64,000 nucleotides of DNA, taken from NCBI GenBank assembly GCA_030141605.1, contig JAQGDQ010000138.1:124001-188000 (forward strand). The letters are read 5' to 3'. This DNA is from Tubiluchus corallicola. Its lineage: Eukaryota > Animalia > Priapulida. This document shows, in pieces, positions 39,792 through 51,063 of the stretch; the stretch's first letter is position 1, and every line of letters starts with the position of its first letter. Made by a program: the position numbers and the translations under genes. The notes beneath the pieces were generated by a model. It was not told the origin of the DNA. It saw only the letters and a list, made by a program, of their open reading frames with translations, and did no database searches.

Positions 39792-40103
39792 GTAAACTTG
39801 ACTGTAATCTACATGGCATTTATTGTTAACATAACTTAGACAAGTTTTTTAACAAATTGAGTAGAACGCCTTTTTAACAAAAGCGTAGAAATTGATCAAT
39901 GTGGTTGTGTCAAATGAAGAACTGCGAGCTTTGCATCCTACTGCTTTATTATTCCAGTTGAAAGTTTTCTTTTATTCTGTGTTTGGAATCAACCCTTTCT
40001 TAATTGTCAGTACTTATCACTCTAATTATCTGTTGAATCCTTGTAAGGAAACCATAACAACTAACATAATTAGCAAACTGAAAAGTTTTTATATTTCGTA
40101 AAG

Positions 40104-40169
40104 CACCTCCCAGAGCGAAATGAAGAGGTTGAATCAGATGCCATGGATATCACCTTTCGGTCAGCGTTG
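40104..40169 (+). CDS. TMED6: p24/TMED-family protein, exon 4 (HLPERNEEVESDAMDITFRSAL)
   Basis: An in-frame 66-nt exon (phase 0/0) with donor TTG|gtatga. The acceptor is a weaker AAG. It fills the expected linker before the coiled coil. Confidence 0.65.
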
Positions 40170-40707
40170 GTATGAATATTATTATTGTATATTTTGTTAT
40201 TATTATTTATGTATAATGATATGTATATATATCTATATATAGATAATATAATACAGCGCTTATTAAAATGTATAATTAGTTAATTTAAAACTTTATATTT
40301 GTTTGAAGTGGACTGACAATACAAACAATGCCTGATACAGCTATTTCCACGGTGCAGGTGCTAAGCGCAAGGTGCTAGTAACAGAACAATGGGCGTCACA
40401 AATGCATTAGCATCGGGCATCGCAAATGGAATTAATTAATTAATTAATTAATTACTCTGTACTGGCAACTAAATCACTACTTAATATTTTACAAATTGAG
40501 CAGACGAAATGTGCAGTAAAGCTGGCAAGGAAAGAAAGTTGACGAAAGCTCTTAACTTGAACTTGAGACGAACATGAATTCAGCATTGTTTAATTAATCT
40601 TCTTACAAAACTTTGATATAGGTAATTTCTGATAATCTTTGCTGTTCTTTTGGCTGCTGCGTTTGAATTTAAAAGCATATTACTCAATTTTCGCCTGTTT
40701 TTTTCAG

Positions 40708-40941
40708 TTGTTAACGATGAAATTGTCGAGGAACATAGAATCGATGAGAATGTTCGCATATGCAAGCTATGGAAAGTTAGCAGCCGACACGAGTCAAGCT
40801 AGCGTAAATGAAAATTACGTGTTTTTCTGGTCACTCGGTCAATGTTGCCTGATTATTCTTGTGGCCATTGCGCAGGTTTATACGTTACGATGTATGTTCA
40901 GAGCAACGTCGCCAATTACTGGATTAAAGTCCAAAGTTTGA
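40708..40941 (+). CDS. TMED6: p24/TMED-family protein, exon 5 (coiled coil, TM helix, cytosolic tail ...GLKSKV*)
   Basis: Acceptor tttttttcag. NENYVFFWSLGQCCLIILVAIAQVYTLRCMF matches the p24 N..V..WS..Q...Q...L..F signature. Total spliced length is about 243 aa, typical of p24. Confidence 0.93.
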   Translation: MLTMKLSRNIESMRMFAYASYGKLAADTSQASVNENYVFFWSLGQCCLIILVAIAQVYTLRCMFRATSPITGLKSKV

Positions 40942-40995
40942 GGCAGGCGCAAAACTGACGATGCTCCTCGCCCGAACTGGTGCAGGATAGTGAAT

Positions 40996-41001
40996 AATAA
41001 A
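40996..41001 (+). terminator. Candidate polyadenylation signal of the TMED gene
   Basis: AATAAA 55 nt after the stop codon. Confidence 0.45.
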
Positions 41002-41760
41002 CAATTTTAATATAAGGCATTTGTATTCAGCTATGTTAAATTTGTGTAAAAGAATTCAACAGTGTTAGGAAGCCGGCCTCATTAACCTTAATAAGCCAAT
41101 TAACTTCACTCGAGTTTGACCTTTTTTATCCATGACCATGAAAACAAAGTAAACATACATCGCCAAAGTTGACGATTTTATCATCGGCTGTGACAACTCA
41201 ATCCATCTGTTGCGAAGCGCCACTGATAATCGGTTGTCAAATGTTTTACTAACTTATTCTTGATGATATTCTATTGTTAATCTAATATTGATTGTTATTA
41301 TTGTTGATTTTTTATTACACTCGTGATTTTTGTTGTTATCGAGCCTTTTTGACAGATGGCAGCACTTTGCATGTTTGAGTGACCAGAGTCTGGGTCACAT
41401 GATCAGGTTTATACCTGTCTTGCCAGGTATTTGGCCACATTTTGAAGTCTGGCTTATAGTTTCATGTAAAGAAAAACTAACTTTGTTCAAAGAATGTTTT
41501 ACCGTTTTTAATTATGGTAATGTCTCCAAAGAGAAGGCGCCTCATTGGTTACTTGATTATTAGTTAGAGAGGCTTTAGTGCAAATTTGGTTATACATTTT
41601 TAGAAAATCTCAATTTCTATTGTTATTTTTGTGGCGATGCCAGCGGAAGCCATGAACTGTTGAATAACCTTTGCTTGTTGGAATTGAATGGTAGCCTTTG
41701 GTCTGTTTTGTGGAGACTTGAGTTATAGTATGCAAGTGTTTTTGTCCAGCGCAGCGCAGT

Positions 41761-41866
41761 ATATGATACTATACATAGTATCATATAATACATATCATAT
41801 ACATAGTATCATATAATACATATCATATACATAGTATCATATAATACAAAGTATTATATGATATTA
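41761..41866. repeat. AT-rich 28-bp minisatellite (about 3 units) with inverted flanks
   Basis: atacatagtatcatataatacatatcat is repeated. The flanks atatgatact and gtattatatgata are reverse complements of parts of the unit. Confidence 0.9.
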
Positions 41867-44704
41867 TATTGTACACATGACAGCGTGACTGCTTGGCTAA
41901 TCATCTTGACAAAAATTCAACACTTCCTTAAACACGCTATAACACCGACCACGTTTTCTAGAACAGTTTCATACCCGCTAGATGGAGGCACTAGGTAGCA
42001 CAAATCACTAGACACAGTTTCGTGGTTAATCGGTATTGTTTGCTGTTTTGTCGATATATGAACGCTTCAAAGACACATCAAAGAACACCGGAGAATTATT
42101 TCAGAAGATGTGTCGCATGCAGCAGTAGAACGAAGAAAACTTCAATGAAGCCAACAGGAGATTCTATGCTTCTCCAAAAATGTAAAATCTTTACTCAAAC
42201 ATTTTTTTACGCAAGCTATATTCCTATTATTAAACAAAACTGCAACACAGCTAAAGCTACAAAATAATTGTAAAAAATTCTTATAACTGACCTCGTACTA
42301 AAAGCAATACAGCTTAACGTCGACACGACAGTTGCAAGAATTACAAAGCAGGTTTGTGCTGAATCCGTCTGTTTTTAAATTGTTGAAGAAGTACAATAGT
42401 CATAATTTTAATTGATTAAAACCCAAAGGTATAATTTGAATAAATGGTGAGAAAAGACAAACTGCTTTTTGTTTCTGCCACTGATTTTGATCTAATATGA
42501 TTACCGACATACACTATATTACACCAAATTTACACGCCAAGAAAGCAATAGTAATGAACAGCGTCCGCACATCCATCACAAGGACACAGATGTTAAACCC
42601 AACGAAATTTTCTTTCAAATTTATCGTTGTTGCCTTACTTAATCGCTTGTAACAACTGGTTGTTAGTTGGAGAATAAAACTTATTGCTCCTGTGTCCACC
42701 ACAAGTGACGTGTTCATCAACAGAGGAAAATTTGATTTACTCTAATTTGCCACTTGGCGTCCACGCGGCATCATCGTCAGAAAAACGACTTCGCAAGTCA
42801 TCAGCAGAGGCGGATCCGAGATTAGGCCCACTGGTTAAACATGGAGAACGCCCCACGACTTAAGCACATTGCACGATTTAAGCAGATAAAGCAAACCATT
42901 TTTAAAGTATATAATATGATTAACTATTTAGGAAAAAATAATTGCCTACAGTTTAACAGCTGAAGAAAATAGATTATATACCCCTTACCTTGTAATAGTT
43001 GGAACGATTTCTTGTGCTGGGAGTCTGTGGCCACTTGAGACTGTACTTATTGTCGCATTATCTCTGCGAAGTCTACGAAATGAGGCTCTCATTGAAGAGA
43101 TCAATGCGCAAACGAATTAGCTAGCACTTGCAAATATTGCTACTTGCACTTTGATGATGCCTATAGCGGGTACTGGACCATTGAGAATAATGATCCTTGT
43201 GACTTCGAGTCCACAATCCCGGAAGTTACAGAGGGATGGTTTTCGTGACAGTTCTAGCTTTGAATGTCAATTTGATCATTCGGGCTTGTAATTATCTGTT
43301 TCAGTGAAATCTGGTTAAACCACAATAACTGAAATTCAATTACTGTCACGATTAAATTAAAGTGATTCTAAGGGATAGAATTCTAGTAATAATGTCTTAA
43401 GTTTAGTAGGACAATTCGCCATCTAAAATCTGGCAACAACAAAATCGGTTACTCGGTCACATCGTAGAAATTCGGTTACCCCACTATTTTGTTCATAACA
43501 AAAAATGTTTTTATTTACAACAAATGGAGTAAACACTTTAATTTTCTTTTTGTCCATAACACAATACTACAATTCAACCTTCTTAATGAAAATAGCAAAG
43601 TGGTTGTAACATTAATCTTAATGATATTCAATTAATATTCTGGCACAAATTTTAAGCGATTCATACTTGCGGATGTTAGAATTAGGGTTTTTAATAACAA
43701 AAGCTGATAAATACCTGACCGTATCAACATCAACGAATTTTATATAATTTTTATTAAAAAAATCAGCGTTTCCACTGCACAATGGCTGTCATCTTCAAGT
43801 AATAATGAATAGAGAGTAAATCATTTTTTGCAAAATCTAAGCACTTAAATTATTCGTAACCTGGTCACTTGAAACATGAACAACAATTAGTTAAGTGCCT
43901 CAGCTACCATTGTACAAGTTACAAGGTGTCCAATTTATAGTATCCAGATTACTAAATGGCAGTGCTACATTATTATTCGGCTTACCACGTGTTTTGAAAA
44001 AATAAGATCGCACTTACAAATTACGTGTGCAGTTAGTATATGATTATGTAAAGACACTAGCAATTTAACAATTTATGAACAAAGCAGAACATCACCACCC
44101 ACCCCCCTCCCCCGAATGAGAGCGTCGGTAAAATTAAAAAACTTATTCGATTGGCTGTTATTTTATTTGGGGAAACTAAATTAATTCCTACAATGCTCAT
44201 GTTTTCATGTTTCCTGTCAACTCTCCATGGCTTCGCGTCCACATGTAATAAATGGCTTCATCGCCTTTGTACATACCGTAGGTGTTATTCTTGCTTGTAG
44301 TGTTTGTAGCAATTAGGTAGAGCGTTTTGCGTTACCAATTTACCACTCTTTGTGTTCTTCAATTCACAGTTTCTGACAAATCCAGTCGTCACCATGACAG
44401 TGTAATGAATACATTGATCATAAAAGCCTCAAATATAAGCACAATGTTATAAAGGGCTTCTGAAACAAGCAGTGTTTTATCAGCCATGTTGACAGTCTGA
44501 TGTCCTTTGTTTGCTAGATCGATTAGTCCACGTTAATTTAGTATTTCGCCAATTTGAGATGGCAAAAGGTCTAGCAGCACCGGAATTAAATAAACCTTAT
44601 TAAACATTATGCCTGTTATTGCCTGATGTTCCAAATGCAGTTTCAGTTTCACGCAAATTTTGCTCATAAAAGAAAACACTTCTCAAATAGTGTATGAATT
44701 GTTA

Positions 44705-45112
44705 CAGGGAAGAAAGACATGTCCCAAAAAGCTTTCCACACAAAGTTGTATTATATAGCATCATGCTTATTTGCTTGCAAGACTTATGGAACTAGAAAAG
44801 AAAATTCTTAGTAAATTAAAATGTTCGCGCTAACTGGTAAAATGCGAGGACTTACCTTCCTAGCTGACAAGACACAGTTATACTTTTGCTTAGTTAGTGA
44901 AGTGTGCGCTATGATTATTTTTTAAAACTTTACGCAATCTTATCTAAACTTATTTCACACGATCTGCCTACCGTCAAAATGGCTGCGTCTTACGATCATA
45001 GGGTTGCAGCTGTTAATACAATTCTGTGTGCAATAAAGCAGTATGCAGGTGATACAAAATTTCAAGGCGATTTTTTTTTAATTTTATGTAAGTAAAGGCT
45101 TTTCTTGTGCTC
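44705..45112 (+). mobile_element. MITE family A, copy 3 (internally deleted)
   Basis: Shares aactagaaaagaaaat.t.agtaa.ttaaaatgttcg, gcttagtta.tgaa.tgt, and cagtatg.aggtga.acaaaatttcaag with the copy at 4350-4851. Confidence 0.75.
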
Positions 45113-45300
45113 AGTGGGTTTGCAAAAAGATTTGTAAGGTTCTTCACAGTTAACAAGCGCCCTCCATCCCACGTCCATGTACACAGGCCAATTAACTCAA
45201 TTAAGCCCAATAAAAACCTTCGAAAAAGGACTTCTATTAGAACATTATATAGAAGGATACTTGATGAATAAAATGTCTTTTTGGTTACATATATTAATGG

Positions 45301-45520
45301 TGTTTACATATAACGATTGGTGAGCGATTTGTGATCTAGGTGGGAACTACTGAATGAAACAGTTTAAAAAACAATAGTTCTACTCACTTAGAGTTGTGAG
45401 TAGACAATAGTGTTTACGAATAACGATTGGCAATCGATTTGTGATCTAGATCGGAACTACTGAAAGAAACACTTTTCTAAACAATAGTTCTACTCATTTC
45501 GCGTTATAAGTAATAATTTT
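45301..45520. repeat. Tandem duplication, 2 x 110 bp
   Basis: tgtttac..ataacgattgg...cgatttgtgatctag...ggaactactgaa.gaaaca.ttt...aaacaatagttctactca occurs at both 45301 and 45411. Confidence 0.92.
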
Positions 45521-46722
45521 CCGTAGTTTGTTGCTCAAATTTTTTCGGCTTGGTCCACTTAAATGAATTTTCCGTGCGCAAAGCATTCAGCTCAAAAATT
45601 TTCTAATTTCTGCATTGAGACTGAGTAATTTACTGCGAACCGTTGAGTAATTTACTATTTATAATATCCATATAAATTACCCGAATCAGAAAGTTTAAGG
45701 TGTGCCAGCTTTTCGATACAACATGACAACTACAAATTCTAAACCCCTTAAGGTAAGTTCGCTTATTTTATTGGTTGAACCATAATTCATCGATATCCGA
45801 AACTCGAGCTAAGAGCACATTTATTGCAAGAAAATTGCCCAAATTTCCTTTGCAACCATTGAAACTGAAAAGTAATCGATAAGTTGGCTACTTTGTCTAG
45901 AGACCTTGCTGCTTGACTTTCATGGGAGCTGTGCATGTAGCTGGTATAGCCTTTTCATTGGGAAAAGCAATTTAGCTTTGTCAAAGCCCACGAGGGTAGT
46001 GGCGTCAACAGAACGTTTCGTTAAAAACAACGTCGACTTTACAACCCATACTTAATGCGATACTAATTTTGGAGCTAGTACAACTCACTCTGGCATAGGA
46101 TTAGCATTAATACTACAATGGCACTACTGTGTTACAGGATGTGCTTCGTAACTTAAGGATTAATGTCGACATTGCTACCACACATGTTTTTCTGCTCATA
46201 CCACGAACGGACTAGAAAATCGCCATAAAATATTAAACAGAGCAAGACGAAGATGTGAATAATTCAGGAAGCTCTTATCAGATGGCTAAAAGTAATTAGA
46301 TATTGTGCAAGTTGTATTAAGGAATGTAGTTTGATTCCAAGAAACGGCGTACATTGGTCGCCCATCTGCGGTTGTTTTAAACTGGTAATGTGCATGATAA
46401 CTTAATTGTTCACACTTAATTAGCTTTAAAGCAGCGTTGAAGGCAAAATATGAATGATTCAGAGAATGGATGACAAAATGTAGTTTAGACATTGCCTGAT
46501 AATAGTACTGTATACGAAAAGTTTTGTACAGCCAAAAAAGGCTGTACTTGTTTTGGCGTGATGTTACTGGTACCTCTATGTAATTATATTACACATATGG
46601 TATATTATAGCGCTTTCAACAATACACGCGCTTATGTGGTAAAACATAAAATGCTACTGTATCAGAATTTTTCTTACTGAATTTACACAAATTACACCAG
46701 ACCGCCACCTATCTCAAACGGC

Positions 46723-46943
46723 CAGGGCCTGATTATTCTATACAGGGTAGTGTAAGCTGTAGCCTAGAATCCCTTAAGCTTACGGGGAACCGAGATTTGG
46801 TAACATTTGGTGAAAAAAAATCTGTTTTTTCACTACGAGTAAAAATGTTCAAAACGTGCGGGTGATTAGAGTGTGGCTCCGTCTGAGAGGGCCCCCATAA
46901 TTTCATTAGCCTAGAGACCCCAAAAGGTCATAATCTGGCCCTG
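46723..46943. mobile_element. hAT-type MITE, 221 bp
   Basis: TIRs CAGGGCCTGATTA / TAATCTGGCCCTG, TSD caaacggc / caaacggt (7/8 match), and an internal gggcccc motif. Confidence 0.88.
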
Positions 46944-49801
46944 CAAACGGTCAAAGACAAGTAGGAGACAATCAATTTACTTATTTAACTGTAGTTGTAT
47001 GGAAACCATGAGCTTAGTCTTGCATGGTGTTTCATTGGGCTATGTGAACGATAATTATGTGACATGTGTCCCGTGAATAAATCAGTGCCGTAAAAGTACA
47101 TATTATGGCAGTTTAATTAGCTGCCAGCCACAACTTTCTGGGTTAATACATGTATAGTAATAAAGATAATACTTATTAATCATTCTCGCTAAATTTCAAG
47201 AAAATTTAGATTAGAAGTTACTGAATTACTACAAATTTTTCCTGCAATTTTCCAGCATTATTTGCAATTATAATAATAATATGCTTTAATAGTACTATAG
47301 TAAAACACAAAAACGCTAAGCAAAATTAACTGGCTGTCATTGTTCACTGTATTACGATGTACCCATCTTTACAGTTCAGTCTAACAGAGAATTTGAAATT
47401 TGTTAACTTGGTGACATTAGTGACAGCACACTTGCTAGTATGCTTGCTCGGTCAACATAATTATTAGCTAAATGCATGGTGAAAAGTCATTAAATAGTTA
47501 TGATAATGAACAAATTCAACACTTATTTTCTGCCGGTCATTTAACAAATAACGTACAAGAGGCACTAATGGCGAAAGCCAGCAAACACTATCTTTCAGCC
47601 CCTTGCATTCGTTTCTTTTTTCATTTGCTCACACATGAATTAACTGTTGGAAAACATAAAAAAGATCAGTCTTTTGAGCGGCGGTGTGGCACAAGGCGGC
47701 TGGCAGTGAGACATTTAAAAAGCAGGAACTATCAGAAATCAGCAAATTTAACCACTCTCCAGTAATACCAGTCACACTAAAACTTTGGCACGTTGTATAC
47801 CTCAGTGCAAAATTTGTTTTAGTCAATCGCAAATAATGGATTGAAGTAATTGAAGACAAAATTGTGATTTGGGCTTAACATTAAAATGCCTTCAGCGCTG
47901 CTTCAAAGCATTGTTAGACAAGTCATATAATTGAAGATTTATACTCGCTTTACGTCAAGCTGCTTGATTTAAAGGTTTCTCACCGGAACATTTTGCTGGT
48001 TGCAGTTTAGGCCACTTGTAATCATCCTCACCTATTTCTGTCACCTATATCCCTGCTACCACTACCATTGTTACTGTTGCTGTTATTAAAAGAACCATTA
48101 TTACCTTTAAATGTTAAAACGTTCGATGTCATTTCCTACTCGTTTTGATTAATAAAATAGTGTTACTCTCTTTTTCTGTAGCATGTGCGCCTAACCGAAC
48201 GAAATGACACAGAATACTTGTTTAACTGTACAGAAAAACCCACAAATTAGAGTAGAAGCATAAAAAATTAGAACTTTTTATTGCAGTAAGTTGACTGCGC
48301 TGAAAGCAGCAGCGCCTAAGTTGAATTTATAGGTGCAATAAGTTTTTTATTTTACTGTTTTATCATTCTCTGCTTTTCATTGAACCTCAGCGCTTTCTTA
48401 CTATAACAACTATTCATTCTCAATGTTAATAGTAACAGGTTAAAGCATACTAGCTGATCGTTTTAAACGGTGACAATCACTTCGGTATTGTTGGCTAATA
48501 ATCACGCCATCTAGCGGTTACCTTGATGTACCTTTATTCTTACGTTTGCTTTTAATTTGCTATAAGCTATTTGTGTTTGATTTATAATTGATCTTCGATT
48601 TGCTTTTGTTGGACGTGAGATATTTATGTTTATTGATTTGCTATTTAAATTGTATTTTGGAGAGTCCTCTTCTTGTTTTTGTTTCTATCTTAATACATGA
48701 TAGTACATACAATAATTATTATCACCCTAATGCTAACCTAGTATTTAAATTCTTAATGTGATTGCCATTTGTAATATTACTTCCCACTTGTTTAAAATCT
48801 TGACCGGAAAAATTGTTATAAACAAATTATTCGTTACATACCAAAATTATTTTAATACTGTATTTTTTTCGTTCAATAGCTAATAATCACCCAAACACTT
48901 TTTTGCGCTTGCAAATAAGTTTTTACTTTTAGCAGGGGGCAGCAAATTAAGTGGTCAACAGGTTTTTCGCTGCTCCTTCTCAGTTACGCGGAAATTATCA
49001 CATAATTATATTTCTAACTAAAGTTGAGAAAATAACGCTCAATTGAATTTCAATTGAATTCAGAATCAACCTTTAACTCCTAAACCAGAATTTATTACAC
49101 TGTGCAAAGCTTCCTGTGTTACTGATCGCCAATCGTCAACTCATGAATAAGTCATCAGCGATTTGATCACGTCTTCATGACTGTTATTGATGAACTGAGA
49201 CAAGCAGATGGCATAATTCACACAAACTTTGCAGCAGGTCGCAACCTTATTGCTCATCGATTCTTTCATGCACATCATCGTTGTCGCCATCAAGGTCACA
49301 TTTGCGATTTTCCCCATCAAGAACTCAGTCATCGTCACGAGCAGCAATAGGATATATTTAGTGGAATATTTTTCCTTTTGACATCTGACGTTTTGCATCT
49401 GTTTTATTAAAAAAATCGAACATTTAACCATACATGAATTTATTCAAAACTATACACACAATTCTCCGGGACGTTTTGACCTTCGTAGCTACAATCACAT
49501 TCAATTTATCATTGCTGATGATGACCCATGAAGGTCGAAAACGTTCCGGAAAATTTGGTGGATGGTTTTGAGCAAAAACATTTGTCATGTCTGCTAAGCT
49601 TTGAGTTTGATTTGCATCCTTTTTCATTAGTAACCAACTTTTACGTAGTAAAATAGTTCATATGCCACTTCATTTTGTAGAGTTCCCTCTGTAGGCTTGT
49701 ACTTAATTTCGTTGCTCTTGTATATCATTTTTACTTTGAATTCTGTAAAGCCAATTATGAAAAGCTGCAGCGATTCTGGTTCGCTGAGATTCCTAGACTA
49801 A

Positions 49802-50007
49802 AGTGGCGTTTACCTAGCGTCCGGAATGCGTATGCGCATTCGTAATAGATAAGATCGGTTTATAGTGTTTTCATCCACCCGTTTATGAGACCTGCTTTAT
49901 ACATTTTTTTCTGCAACTATTTCGTATTGATTTTTTTATTCCGGAGCTATTCCGCAGGTGGCTAACACATAACGCATACGCATTCTCGATGCTAGGTAAA
50001 CGCTACT
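49802..50007. mobile_element. PIF/Harbinger-type MITE, 206 bp
   Basis: TIRs of about 35 bp (agtggcgtttacctagcgtccggaatgcgtatgcg vs the reverse complement agtagcgtttacctagcatcgagaatgcgtatgcg), flanked by TAA on both sides. Confidence 0.88.
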
Positions 50008-50879
50008 TAAAAGTGACTAATTGTTCATTGTTCTTTGGTACAGTATGTAAAAATTTGCTTATAATTTTATGCTTTTTAAACGTTGAATTAAGTTTGGCAA
50101 AATTTGCTTATTTATATATAGTTTATGATCACAATTTGCTGACGCTGACAGCAAGTTAATTATAATTACATATGTAGATATTAACCATATGTTGCTAATG
50201 TTTCTAAACGATAAACTGACAATTGTTACCACAAGTGTTTACCTCTAATGACATTTTAACTTGTAATGCTTATTTATTCTTGAATATAATTAGCTTTCAT
50301 GACTTTTGCATCGCGATTCTTTTCAGCTTTTGCTTCTGGTTTGTTTCACAAGGTAAAAAAACCACAAAAACAATTGTAATGTTATAGTATTGTCTTGACA
50401 ACTTACACATTTGTTTCTAGAAGATAAAAGCTAAAGTAATTATTTAAAATCTCATAAAAATGGAAAGAAGATTTTTCAGTCCACCGTGAAGTATTTTTAG
50501 GTAAAAAGAAAACAGAAAAAGCACAAAAATCAATAAACACTCTACTATTTCTCCATGGATTATGTAATTCATGACACAATCGGTAATTAAACAGAGAAAA
50601 AGAACAAGGAAACAAACACAGCTAGTTACTACATACACAAACAAGCACAGTATCTTAATAATAACGGCATAGTAATAATAGCAAACGTACAATATTTCGG
50701 CAACTTCTATCACAAAATCAGCTTTAATTAAAAAACATCTGGAAAATATTTTATTTTAAATAATGATTCTCCTCATATTACCATTTATTGACAAATTTTA
50801 ACAGTCCTTATGTTTAACTAATATAAACTATAGTTTTATGATGCATATTTTCTAGTTACTGCTTTTACGTCACAATAAG

Positions 50880-51063
<184 letters not shown>

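Noticed and set aside
45301-45520. CRISPR-like arrangement suggested by the tandem repeats (also 7391-7500 and 41761-41866)
   Set aside because: The units are contiguous without unique spacers, there are no cas genes, and the context is eukaryotic.
49141-49680. Possible Harbinger transposase C-terminus (RRDQIADDLF-like ending next to a Harbinger MITE)
   Set aside because: No convincing catalytic motifs. An intron-like gap with an acceptor at 49399 and Cys/Asp spacing fit the MAM/LDL-A pseudogene better, though neither reading is proven.
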